This document shows, piece after piece, positions 10,301 to 18,291 of a stretch of DNA of 64,000 bases (positions within the stretch are counted from its first letter, which is position 1; each line of letters starts with the position of its first letter). The stretch lies in IMG/VR virus record IMGVR_UViG_3300036713_000599; one strand, written 5' to 3'. A program made the position numbers and the translations under genes. The notes beneath the pieces were generated by a model. It saw only the letters and a program-made list of their open reading frames with translations. It was not told where the DNA came from and made no database searches. This stretch comes from a virus (Duplodnaviria; Caudoviricetes).

Positions 10301-11565
10301 TTCGATCAGTTGGCGTAGAATCCGTCATCAGAGACAGAAACGGTTGTAGTAAAGCTACAACCAATTATCGTCTTGACCCTAATCGTAGGATGTATGAACG
10401 GAACGTCATGGGAAGAAAAGACGTCCATGGTCCCAAATTCCACGACATGGACGCCCCTCAATTCCTTGTGGACGACTTCCTATCCCACGGCCCGTTCCCC
10501 AGAAAAGCTTTCCAAGGAGACGAGTCCGCTTACACACTCCACAAAAGACTTCAGGTAGGTGGGAAAGTCACAGTGTATGCGCTGAAGAGGCTTTGCACGT
10601 TACTTGATGTGGTTTTAAACCACCCTATCTACGGGTTCAAGCGTATCGTCTCCAAAGAGAATCTTGGCACGGTCGAACATACCTACACGTTGTCTGTGCA
10701 GGACCCTCTTCATCGTTTTGAAGCTGACGGAGTCATCACCAAGAACTCTGGAGCAGACATGCTAAAGATCAGCTTCGTTAAGCTGATCAAAGTATTCCAT
10801 CGTAAGGGGTGGTTACGGGATGGCGGTGACGATTCTGTTCGAATGATCATGACAGTCCACGACGAGATTGTCTTTGAAGTCCGCAAGGACCGTCTCATGG
10901 AGGCTATCCCAGAAATTACTAGGTGCATGGAGAGTCCGCCCCGCCTTCGCAAGTGGGACATCCCTTTCTATGTTGAGCCCCTCATTGGTGAAAGCTGGGA
11001 CGCAAAATACGACTGGGAAGACTTGATGGCGGGTAAGACGACGTACTTCCATAGCAAAGAAGAGCCTGATAAACCAGTTCCCCAATGGCTTCTCGATCTC
11101 ATCGAACCACAAGGGAAGGATTGGCGTCTACCTTTTGAAGACGACCTTCCCCCGCCAAAGAGCGATGAGTCGGTCGCCCCTGTCGTTAAAGATGGCGCTC
11201 TTGTCGCTCAGAAGCCGGCTCAGGAAGTGCTTAAGCCTTCTACGAGGGCACCGGCCCCTAAACCGGTGCCTCAGCCCCCTGAGGTGGCCGTAGAGGGGTC
11301 ACAACAGATGGCCGTGTTCGCTATCTCCAGCTCTCAACTCACTCGACAGTCCATTCGGATCGTGTCTCAGGTGATAAAAGGAGCCGAACCATTCGAAAAC
11401 GAAAAGGACTTGAGCGGATACAAGATTCTTCAGGTGGTTGATGAGACTGGTTACGTTCTGATTTCTGCCAAATGGAGGGTGTTAGTAGACCCTGACATTG
11501 TCGGTAGGGAATTTGCACTAAGGAACCTTGGACCGGGGAACTACGACATAGTGACTTTGACGTAG
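7390..11565 (+). CDS. polA: Family A DNA polymerase with 3'-5' exonuclease, an intein and a C-terminal extension
   Basis: Exo I SLDLETEGL, Exo II WHAKFDQ, motif A KVDYAGQELRV, motif B RTCGKIANFALIYG, motif C MTVHDEIVFEV, and NFPVQG/SGAD split by the intein. Confidence 0.93.
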   Translation: MTDDMNVEDVDFEEMFKEPPKKPKAKVTPVGDIGGDIDEFLADVKPADEQEAKMLTKPWMKFHEFILVKTIEEVKALVDAAIKHGRCSLDLETEGLDNRIDYDGEGRPYTRHKIVGYCISVKGVGHYLPLRHKYDKTYKQANPNLPIEETDAEIKRLCLAAQPVIAEDAPDQYASPKFEKPPQLVIYFWHAKFDQEFLYPVTGIHFWHPDSFEDGMLSTYVLYTDDVLSLKVNAKERLKVQDPETGEVHPYEMIEFTELFQKGTPKRFANLYPRDGTGMVLYACSDAICTELLCEAKKVVWKHTVEGLKYEYKSPVGPSHGPKFRGILRIEKQAAQAVREMERSRTLVDKDAIEDLLEEAYKEKQEFEEKLVMAAKAKGFEGFNPSSTAQLSDFLFTKRGLDLPGKPEKNEASGQYKTDAKTLEAIYENNQDIEVLRWVVMYRQIDKTIGTYLTKLSHNTDEFNQLRFNFQQTGAGTGRFTAPQGKAEEGFAAVPIHGIPARSDPKRPKVANSLRRLFVAHEGYVIVKVDYAGQELRVVTCITKEPKWRKEFLEGTGDLHTLTAQAFFGDHITKNHKKERTCGKIANFALIYGGGVGAVQRAVGCDKVEAARKKEAFDASVPTFSSWVKSQHRLVKKNKYVTTGFGRYISVPDANIKAGEYTARTKKHPPKLVDEKTARKIRASCERQSTNFPVQGCNFYASLVNTRKGWVKIGELCGSGETFSVWTGTRWADATAHDMGGCELANVYLTDGTTVRCDTRHKLLVVSDQGYDWVDYQDLEPGMAVATSLCEQVEYTPPPLPLIEHRPNTKDMESLWYWLGRYVGDSWFSVFSGTTLQYSFGDHEKEAIEACRTFWEKVGVSADVGSNTHTPCREMSTRCTVTVQSRELHDWLKLIGLKEGATTHTKRAPSRVFSETLANRKAFLRGVVDSGGHEPKLPKKINGVRETSKKGNPYNIHLCQRPLLEDLKLLFRSVGVESVIRDRNGCSKATTNYRLDPNRRMYERNVMGRKDVHGPKFHDMDAPQFLVDDFLSHGPFPRKAFQGDESAYTLHKRLQVGGKVTVYALKRLCTLLDVVLNHPIYGFKRIVSKENLGTVEHTYTLSVQDPLHRFEADGVITKNSGADMLKISFVKLIKVFHRKGWLRDGGDDSVRMIMTVHDEIVFEVRKDRLMEAIPEITRCMESPPRLRKWDIPFYVEPLIGESWDAKYDWEDLMAGKTTYFHSKEEPDKPVPQWLLDLIEPQGKDWRLPFEDDLPPPKSDESVAPVVKDGALVAQKPAQEVLKPSTRAPAPKPVPQPPEVAVEGSQQMAVFAISSSQLTRQSIRIVSQVIKGAEPFENEKDLSGYKILQVVDETGYVLISAKWRVLVDPDIVGREFALRNLGPGNYDIVTLT
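9478..10746 (+). mobile_element. Intein (423 aa) with LAGLIDADG-type endonuclease in PolA
   Basis: Inserted in QG|SGAD. Starts CNFYASLV, block B RCDTRHKLL, LAGLIDADG-like WLGRYVGDS and FLRGVVDSGG, ends FEADGVITKN before Ser. Confidence 0.9.
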
Positions 11566-11585
11566 TTTTTGATAGGACCTTCACA

Positions 11586-12134
11586 ATGGCTGAAAAACTC
11601 GATCATATGAAAGAATGCAATGAGTTTAAAGTTCCCGTTGAAGAATTTGAAACTCAATTTTGCTCACGTTGCCTCCAATCTGAATGCGGGCGGAGTCAGC
11701 ATGGTAAAAGCCAGTTCGATTCCAGGGTCCAGGATTGGGAGCGTCGCTTGTTCCTAGAGGTGCCCCGTATGAGTCCTGATGACACAAGGTTCCATAGCTT
11801 CCAGGCCAAGAAGTTTTTGGACATCCACGACCTGGGACCCGTAGAGGTCAGGGGCTGGGTCGACCCCAACAACCTCTCGGAGCCCGAGCCTGAAGAGGAC
11901 GAAGGCCCTCCAACGGATCCTTCTCCTCCTCCTTCGAACATGCAAGAGGAACCTGCCCAGGCTTTCTCTGACGGCCGTATGAATACGCCGGCTCAACCGA
12001 AAATGATGGTAGGTGGTCAAAAAGCTCCCACTAAGCCAACCAAACCGGTGTTAGATCAATGGGAACCCAAAAAGACAGAAACTAGCGGTATCAAAATGGT
12101 CCAACCTGGGGCCAAAATAAAGTTAGGATCATAG
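11586..12134 (+). CDS. Hypothetical protein (N-terminal CxxC cluster, Pro-rich tail)
   Basis: 182-aa ORF; C..FCSRCLQSEC motif. Confidence 0.65.
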   Translation: MAEKLDHMKECNEFKVPVEEFETQFCSRCLQSECGRSQHGKSQFDSRVQDWERRLFLEVPRMSPDDTRFHSFQAKKFLDIHDLGPVEVRGWVDPNNLSEPEPEEDEGPPTDPSPPPSNMQEEPAQAFSDGRMNTPAQPKMMVGGQKAPTKPTKPVLDQWEPKKTETSGIKMVQPGAKIKLGS

Positions 12135-12142
12135 GAGACGTT

Positions 12143-12334
12143 ATGAGCGGCGAACAAATGAAGTGGGAACACATCATCTATGAGGATGGTAGGGTCGTTA
12201 CAAATGTCCTGGAAAGACAGGACAGCGCACAATGTGGTCAGATCCGTCAAATCACCAATGGTATTGGTGATGAGCTGAGTGACGAACAAACTGGCCCTGA
12301 ATGCGACGAAGTGTTTGAAAGGACCGTCGGTTAG
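12143..12334 (+). CDS. DUF2997-like small protein
   Basis: IIYEDGRV..V.....C pattern recalled from DUF2997 (I..DG.V...V.G..G..C). Adjacent to DUF1257, as in the known gene cluster. Confidence 0.55.
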   Translation: MSGEQMKWEHIIYEDGRVVTNVLERQDSAQCGQIRQITNGIGDELSDEQTGPECDEVFERTVG

Positions 12335-12364
12335 TCTAGCCTGACTAGACGCGAAAGGACTACC

Positions 12365-12694
12365 ATGAGCCATCGGATCACAACACAAACGTCGATCAAA
12401 AACAAGAAGCTTGCCATTCAGGCACTGAAAACTGCGGGTATGGACTACTCCGAGCAGGGGGATCGTATTCGCGTCGTCAGTGGCGCTATGCGTGGGGCCG
12501 AGATCAACCTCAATACAGGTCGGATTACCGGTGATACCGACTATCATTCACAGAAGGAACTAGGTGCCCTGCGGAAGTACTATTCCGAGGCTCAAATTCG
12601 CGAACGATGTCTGATGGAAGGCCATACGGTTGAAGAGCGGCAAGAGCAGAGAGATGGCACGATTCGCCTCGTATGTGTGGGGACGTTTGCGTAG
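12365..12694 (+). CDS. DUF1257-family protein
   Basis: MSHRITTQTSIKNKKLAIQALKTAG N-terminus and YSEAQI..C..EGHTVEE C-terminus, typical of DUF1257. Confidence 0.7.
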   Translation: MSHRITTQTSIKNKKLAIQALKTAGMDYSEQGDRIRVVSGAMRGAEINLNTGRITGDTDYHSQKELGALRKYYSEAQIRERCLMEGHTVEERQEQRDGTIRLVCVGTFA

Positions 12695-12798
12695 ACGCGC
12701 AGGTTAACAAATCCGAGCGTGGGAGCCCCACCCACTTCAATTGGGTGGGGTTTGAGAGCAGCTAAGGCAAACCTAACTATTTCTAACCAATGCTTTTC

Positions 12799-12808
12799 GG
12801 CGTAGAGT
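12799..12808 (+). promoter_or_regulatory. Variant promoter motif GGCG-TAGAGT in front of tnpB
   Basis: TTTTCGGCGTAGAGT, 7 nt before ATG 12816. Confidence 0.45.
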
Positions 12809-12815
12809 CTAAGTG

Positions 12816-13937
12816 ATGAAGCTGATTCGATCCACCAAAGTCTCCTTGAAAGAGACAAATCCAAGAAAGCTAAAAATCCTGGAAGAAGTATTCCAGGAAT
12901 ACGGTCGGATTGTAAACCTCTTCATCGAACTATTCTGGGAAAATCCCGTCAAAAAGTCAAAGCTTCTAAAGCCAATCGTCGACTCGGTTCTCCCTACTTG
13001 GCTTTCCGCTCGGCTTCGAAAGGTTGCCGCCCGGGAAGCCCTTGATCTGGTCCTTTCGGCCAAAAGGTCCGCGAAAGCTCTCGGAAAAGAAGCCAAAAAG
13101 CCGATTCATAGAGGGAATCGAATGTGTGTTTCGAGCACCATCGCTTCCCTTGACTTGGCTGGAAAAGCTACATCCTATGATCGCTGGCTCCACCTTCATT
13201 CCATCGGGCATCATCCCGAATTTGGAAGAGTTATCCTAGATCTCCCGATCAAATTACACAAGCATTATAATGAGTTAGCTTCTATTGGAAGACGACAAGA
13301 ATCCTACATTCTAACCTCCCGTTACGTTCAGCTCAGCTTTGAAATCGTCACCGAGGAAAAGCTCCCTTCTGACCAATGTATCGGAATCGATAGTGGAATC
13401 AAGGCTTTAGCTTCGACTTCTACTCGACATCAATTCGGGAAAGACATAGAAAAAGGGATTGAACGGATAAAACGTTGTAAACACGGTTCAAAGGGGCAAA
13501 AGAGGGCTAGAAGGGCTCTTCGCCAGAGGATGAATGAGGTGGTGAAGGAACTCTTTGACACTCTGGAGCCTACTTTGATCGTGGTAGAAAAGCTTCGTTC
13601 CTTGAATAAAGGGACAAGAGTCAAACGCCGATTGACTAAAAACGTTCGGCGCTCTATCGGTAGCTGGACATATCGTTATTGGTTGGAAAGACTAGAAAGA
13701 GAGTGTGAAGTGAGACGTTCTCGCTTTCGCTCGGTTAATCCATATAAAACCAGTCAACGATGTTCGGTATGTGGTCATATCGATAGGAGAAATCGGCGAG
13801 GAGAGGTATTCAAATGTCGGAGTTGTGATCACACTGACAATGCGGACATAAATGCCGCTTTGAATATCTTGGATCGATTTCTTACCGGACCTTACGGTGC
13901 CGGTTGCAAACCTTTAACCTTGATTGGAGCTACATGA
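12816..13937 (+). CDS. tnpB: TnpB RNA-guided endonuclease (copy 1)
   Basis: RuvC-I IGIDSG, RuvC-II VVEKL, zinc finger CSVCGH..CRSC, RuvC-III NADINAA; the catalytic D/E/D residues are intact. Confidence 0.9.
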   Translation: MKLIRSTKVSLKETNPRKLKILEEVFQEYGRIVNLFIELFWENPVKKSKLLKPIVDSVLPTWLSARLRKVAAREALDLVLSAKRSAKALGKEAKKPIHRGNRMCVSSTIASLDLAGKATSYDRWLHLHSIGHHPEFGRVILDLPIKLHKHYNELASIGRRQESYILTSRYVQLSFEIVTEEKLPSDQCIGIDSGIKALASTSTRHQFGKDIEKGIERIKRCKHGSKGQKRARRALRQRMNEVVKELFDTLEPTLIVVEKLRSLNKGTRVKRRLTKNVRRSIGSWTYRYWLERLERECEVRRSRFRSVNPYKTSQRCSVCGHIDRRNRRGEVFKCRSCDHTDNADINAALNILDRFLTGPYGAGCKPLTLIGAT

Positions 13938-13958
13938 GTAGTTTTGAACAAGTTTGCA

Positions 13959-14123
13959 GGAACGGTTTTCGCGTCCTGGTAAACTACCCCTCCCTAAAGG
14001 GAGGGGCTTTGTGCCCCTCTGGTCCTAGAGAGAGTTGAGCGGGGCTCACGCCCCGCTGTTTCTGCTTCATCGGGCCCCCAACGGGGTAACCTCCACAGAC
14101 TGCTATACCGTGGTCTCCACGGC
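13959..14123 (-). ncRNA. Putative TnpB omega/reRNA (145-nt scaffold + flank-derived guide) carried by the MITE
   Basis: Minus strand has hairpins GCCGTGG..CCACGG, GCGGGGCGTGAGCCCCGC and CCCCTCCCTTTAGGGAGGGG, ending TAGTTTAC. TnpB reRNAs are known to derive from the tnpB 3' end/right end. Expression not shown. Confidence 0.55.
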
Positions 14124-14296
14124 AAGCGAATTTACCTGAAGTCCACAAGGCTCTCTGGGGGCAGCACTTCTGGTCACCAAGCTATTTAGCGGTTTCTTGC
14201 GGCGGGGCTCCTCTGGAAACGATCAAGAAATACGTTCAGAGTCAAAAGGGCGATTCCGCCCCGCCCTGAAGGACGGAGCCACCTCGCCCTCTTTCG
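13979..14296 (-). mobile_element. 318-bp non-autonomous derivative (MITE/PATE) of the IS605 at 59028-60766
   Basis: 13979-14123 reads identical to 59028-59172 (right end); 14119-14296 is near-identical to 60589-60766 (tnpA 3' part + left end). The two parts are joined at a 5-bp ACGGC microhomology. Confidence 0.95.
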
Positions 14297-14305
14297 GTGT
14301 ATAGT
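14296..14305 (+). promoter_or_regulatory. GGTG-TATAGT promoter motif at the MITE left-end junction
   Basis: Upstream of the AAA gene; the first G is supplied by the element end. Confidence 0.6.
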
Positions 14306-14339
14306 CCCATAAGATCGGATGGTGGCTCCTTGAGGCGGC

Positions 14340-15947
14340 ATGAAAGGAAAACGAATGAATCCTGAGATGATCTTCCACTTGAAGTCGATGACTCGTTTCA
14401 TCTACTACGTCACGGAAGAAGAAGACGTCTTCTTGGCGAAGTTGGACAAGGGGCTCAAGCAGTACAAGGATCACACTTTCGTTTTCAATTACGCCTTTGG
14501 ACTTGTCCCCTTAGAACGTCTCGTAGCTGATTGGAAGAATCATGCTCATCAGGAGAGTGATGCCGAGAGTCGGGATATCCAGAGTGCTCTTGTTCAGGTG
14601 TACCGGGCAGAGCCCAGGGAAAAACAGAACTTCTACATCTTCACGGACCCTGATCGGATGTTGGCTGATCCTATGGTTCAGCGCCGCTTCCTGAATATTG
14701 CCCACCAACTCCATCAGGACGATAAAATAGTCAAGATCATCATCTTTGTTGGACCTAGGCCGGTCATCCCCCCTAAACTTCAGCGCTATATCCAGGTCAT
14801 AAAAGATACGGGCTTAGAAGAAAAGGCTGTGATCAACCTCATAAAGAAGTTCTGCTGTGAGTTGAAAGATATAACGGTGCCAGAAAATCCAAAGGCACTA
14901 GCTGAACATTTTCGAGGTCTGACTCATTTCGAAGCAACATCAGTGCTGTCTCAGAGCATCATTCAGACCAAAGGGGACAAGAACAATCCCTGTAGGATTG
15001 ATCCTCGTATCATTTCGGAGTTTAAACAGTCGCAGCTCGCCAAGACGGACTTACTCAGCTTCGTCGACACTAAAGATACGACCTTTAAAGACGTCGGAGG
15101 CAACAACCGTTTCAAACAATGGGCTCTTAAGACGAGAGCCGCATGGACGCCAGAGGGTCGAAAATTTGGGTTATTCCCTCCTAAGGGGGTGCTGCTTATG
15201 GGGGTCTGGGGATGCGGGAAATCACTCAGCGTCAAGGCCATGGCCAGCGAGTGGCGTCTTCCTGTCGTATTGCTCGAAATGGGTAAACTTCGTAGTTCTG
15301 CCGTAGGTCAGACCGAGGCCAACGTGTATCGTGCCATTAACCTGATCGAGTCCATAGGTAGCTGCATGGTGTGGGTGGATGAAGCCGAAAAGAGCTTATC
15401 TGGCGGCCAGTCCAGTGCCATGAGCGACGCAGGAACAACTAGTAGGACGATCGGAATTTTATCCAACTGGCTCCAGGAGACAAAATCTCCCGTGTGTCTT
15501 GCCATGACGGCCAACAGTCTCAGTACGATGCCGATCGAATTTATCAATCGGATGGATGAACGGTTCTTTTTCGACTTACCGTCTGAAGATGAGAGGATCG
15601 CAATTCTCAAGATCCATCTTGCGAAACGAGGCCGCAACCCTGACGACTACCAGCTCGCTGTCCTCGCTGAGCACGCCAAAAATATGGTGGGTCGAGAAAT
15701 CGAACAGGCCATAGGGGCGGCTCTCGTAGACTCATTCATCGAAGGCAAGAACGACCTTGATGGAGAAATCCTTGTCAAACAATTGAAGACAAAACCTCGC
15801 ATCTTTAAGACAATGGCAGAGGAATTAGCCGAGGTTCTGGAGTGGGTGGGGTACGATGAAGACGTTGATGACGGTATTCGTGCCCGGTTCGCCTCCGCGT
15901 CTCATAGCCAGAATTTCACTAATTTCCACAAAACATCCGAGGAATAG
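14340..15947 (+). CDS. Ycf46-like AAA+ ATPase
   Basis: Degenerate N-terminal ATPase-like domain (YYVTEEEDVF), then DVGGNNRFKQW, PPKGVLLMGVWGCGKS (Walker A), VWVDEAEK (Walker B), AMTAN. Start could be ATG 14355. Confidence 0.85.
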   Translation: MKGKRMNPEMIFHLKSMTRFIYYVTEEEDVFLAKLDKGLKQYKDHTFVFNYAFGLVPLERLVADWKNHAHQESDAESRDIQSALVQVYRAEPREKQNFYIFTDPDRMLADPMVQRRFLNIAHQLHQDDKIVKIIIFVGPRPVIPPKLQRYIQVIKDTGLEEKAVINLIKKFCCELKDITVPENPKALAEHFRGLTHFEATSVLSQSIIQTKGDKNNPCRIDPRIISEFKQSQLAKTDLLSFVDTKDTTFKDVGGNNRFKQWALKTRAAWTPEGRKFGLFPPKGVLLMGVWGCGKSLSVKAMASEWRLPVVLLEMGKLRSSAVGQTEANVYRAINLIESIGSCMVWVDEAEKSLSGGQSSAMSDAGTTSRTIGILSNWLQETKSPVCLAMTANSLSTMPIEFINRMDERFFFDLPSEDERIAILKIHLAKRGRNPDDYQLAVLAEHAKNMVGREIEQAIGAALVDSFIEGKNDLDGEILVKQLKTKPRIFKTMAEELAEVLEWVGYDEDVDDGIRARFASASHSQNFTNFHKTSEE

Positions 15948-15950
15948 CGT

Positions 15951-17153
15951 ATGGCCGGCAAGCTAGTTAAGCCACCTTCACCTCCCATTGGGGAACGCAG
16001 ACTGGCTCCTGTGGTCAAGACCAAAGCCAATACATCAGCCGAGGACTTGGTCTTGGCGAGGACAGTTATCTCCCGACATGACAGTTTACAAAAAATCTTT
16101 TTAGAGGCCAAGAAACAAGGTAAGTCTTCTGAAGAAATCGCTGATGTAGTGGGTTCCGCCCTTGCTAACTTCTGGGAAGGAGAAGATAAGGCAACCAGGG
16201 CGTATGGCGCCGCCCTGTACTTAGCGGACGAGCATGCCCAGCTCGATCCCGGGATGTTCCTTGTCTCACAGGAGACGGGCGAGGTTATCGCTATTTTGAA
16301 GCCGGAAGACATCGAGACTCCAGCTCCTGTAGCTCGGGAAGGGTCAAACAAGCTTGCCCAACCGCTCCCCCGCATTCGACCCGACATTGAAGCGTTCATT
16401 ACTTCCTGGCATTTTGACCAAGAAAGGGAAAAAAAGGCTTGTGAGGCTTTGGCTGCAAAGGGGCACCAAACAGCCTTCCTGAAAGAAATCGACGACCCTC
16501 GCCTCCTCATAGTGACAAAAAGGGGTCGCCGGGAGCTTGCTAGACAATACGCTTGCCACAATACACCTAGGAAGCTGCTAGAAGGCCTGAAAGGCTCTTC
16601 AAGAGACTTTCTCAGTTATTTGGGCATAAAGGACTTCGACGGGAACGATAAGGACATCGACGTAGCCAAAATGGCGGTGGCCAACGTTATTACTTCCGTT
16701 CAAGATATTCAAGCCTATAATCTAGGGTTTAACTTTTCCATGGTTATACGTCAGAGCCTGTCCAATGGCTGGGTTCAAGAGATTGCTCGAACGGTAATTC
16801 ATGCAGCCCAAAAGATGTACAAAGATGTCGAACCTGTGAAGTCCAGTGAGCTAGGTCCGAAGCATTTCGAGGATGCGTGTTTCTGGATCACGCCAGCCGA
16901 ACTTGTTCGTAATGTCCTCGAATGTAAACCAAAGGCTTCAATTTTCTTGGTCGAGAATGCTCCTTTGGTTGGCTTCAAGGAATCAAACATAGGGGACCTC
17001 TTGATTCCAAAAGAGTTCCTTGTAGAAAGCCACGAATTGTTCGACAAGTGGGCGATCAAGTCCCGCCTGTCGTACGCTCTCCGACTAAAATGGCAGAACA
17101 TTAAGTACGTTCCGGTAAGTGATGTTTCATATGACGGGCACCTTGTCAATTAG
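15951..17153 (+). CDS. Hypothetical protein (400 aa)
   Basis: Long ORF with SD GAGG; no confident motif. Confidence 0.75.
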   Translation: MAGKLVKPPSPPIGERRLAPVVKTKANTSAEDLVLARTVISRHDSLQKIFLEAKKQGKSSEEIADVVGSALANFWEGEDKATRAYGAALYLADEHAQLDPGMFLVSQETGEVIAILKPEDIETPAPVAREGSNKLAQPLPRIRPDIEAFITSWHFDQEREKKACEALAAKGHQTAFLKEIDDPRLLIVTKRGRRELARQYACHNTPRKLLEGLKGSSRDFLSYLGIKDFDGNDKDIDVAKMAVANVITSVQDIQAYNLGFNFSMVIRQSLSNGWVQEIARTVIHAAQKMYKDVEPVKSSELGPKHFEDACFWITPAELVRNVLECKPKASIFLVENAPLVGFKESNIGDLLIPKEFLVESHELFDKWAIKSRLSYALRLKWQNIKYVPVSDVSYDGHLVN

Positions 17154-17172
17154 TGCCTCCGCAAGGACAAGC

Positions 17173-17466
17173 ATGGGTTTCTATTCTTTCCAGGTTTTCA
17201 CCAAAGACATTATTCTCATCGACAGACCTATCGTGCAGCTAGGTCCCGGCATTAACGTCTTCTGCGCATCTGTCGACGATGTTGAGGTGTTCAAGCAGGT
17301 ATTGGCCGAGAGAGGCGCTGAGGTTCGCAAAGTAACACAGCTAGACGCCCATGAGCCCGTTGGGGAAGATAGCTTTTTACTACCAGAGGAACGGGCCTTG
17401 CTATTGGGGAACCATGAAAAAGATACGAAAATTGTCGAAGGCGGAAGCGAAGGCGAGGATTCTTAG
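17173..17466 (+). CDS. Hypothetical protein
   Basis: ATG 17173 with SD AAGGA; co-oriented in the operon. Confidence 0.55.
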   Translation: MGFYSFQVFTKDIILIDRPIVQLGPGINVFCASVDDVEVFKQVLAERGAEVRKVTQLDAHEPVGEDSFLLPEERALLLGNHEKDTKIVEGGSEGEDS

Positions 17467-17632
17467 TTTCGCGAGTAAAAAGCGTCGTGCCTTATGTGTT
17501 GGGGAGGTGAGCGTGGAGCTTGGTCTATGCTGGTCCCTCTCCGAAGCGGAAAGCCTTCTGGATGAGATGGTTGACGATGGACTACTAAGAGTCGTGGAGA
17601 AAAAGGAACGACGAGAGTTTGTGCGCAGTTAG
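17414..17632 (+). CDS. Small winged-HTH-like protein
   Basis: LCVGEVSVELG...EAESLLDEMVDDGLLRVV is a wHTH-like pattern. Confidence 0.45.
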   Translation: MKKIRKLSKAEAKARILSFASKKRRALCVGEVSVELGLCWSLSEAESLLDEMVDDGLLRVVEKKERREFVRS

Positions 17633-17739
17633 CAAAGTCGTTGCCTGGCTCTGGAATGCCGCCTGGTGTATGAAATGCCACAGGTCATTCAAATTCGGCT
17701 TTGTGGCCGACGAATCAACACAGAAGAGAGTAAACGAAA

Positions 17740-18291
17740 ATGACTGTGCCTGTAGTTTTGTTAGACGTAGACGACGTCTTGGTCGACTTTGAGACAGAGG
17801 CGGAAAAGCTTATTTCCGACATTCTAGGGCGAGAGTGGTCCTTGGCAGAAGGACCACAAAAATGGGACATCTTTACAGCTCTCACTGACCGCCAACGTCA
17901 CGTGGCGATAGATATCATTCATCGACCCGAGTGGAGTCTTCGATTAAAGCCTTTCCCGGAAGCTGTTACAGCCGTTTTCGCTTTGCACGAGATCGCGGAA
18001 GTATTCGCTGTAACATCTGCGATAAGCTGGGCTTCAGAAAGATCGGTTCACTTAAAGAATACTTTTGACATCGACAAAGAACACCAGGTATACACAAAGG
18101 CTAAATTCTTGGTCAATGGTGACTTTTTCGTCGATGACTGCCCACAGAATGTTCTTGACTGGAAATCGTTCCACCCCAACGGTGATGGCATGGTGTGGGA
18201 CACTCGTGGTAACCAAGGAATTACAAACTACGAGGATGTTCGAGTCTCCTCGTGGGACCAAGTTATCGGCAAGGTGAGGAGGGCGGTATGA
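17740..18291 (+). CDS. HAD-superfamily 5'(3')-deoxyribonucleotidase (NT5C-like)
   Basis: Motif I LLDVDDVLVDF, AVTS, KAKFLVNGDFFVDD. Confidence 0.8.
   Translation: MTVPVVLLDVDDVLVDFETEAEKLISDILGREWSLAEGPQKWDIFTALTDRQRHVAIDIIHRPEWSLRLKPFPEAVTAVFALHEIAEVFAVTSAISWASERSVHLKNTFDIDKEHQVYTKAKFLVNGDFFVDDCPQNVLDWKSFHPNGDGMVWDTRGNQGITNYEDVRVSSWDQVIGKVRRAV

Larger units (their letters stand above)
12704..13965 (+). mobile_element. tnpB-only element, probably IS607-like and non-autonomous
   Basis: GG-TT at both junctions (12702 and 13964). Removing it restores a GACGCG-loop-CGCGTC hairpin. No transposase inside. Internal hairpin CCCCACCCA-CTTCAAT-TGGGTGGGG at about 12726-12750. Confidence 0.6.

Noticed and set aside
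12704-13965. IStron (group I intron) or Cas12f locus
   Set aside because: Only about 110 nt lie between the left boundary and tnpB, too short for a group I core, and there are no CRISPR repeats nearby.
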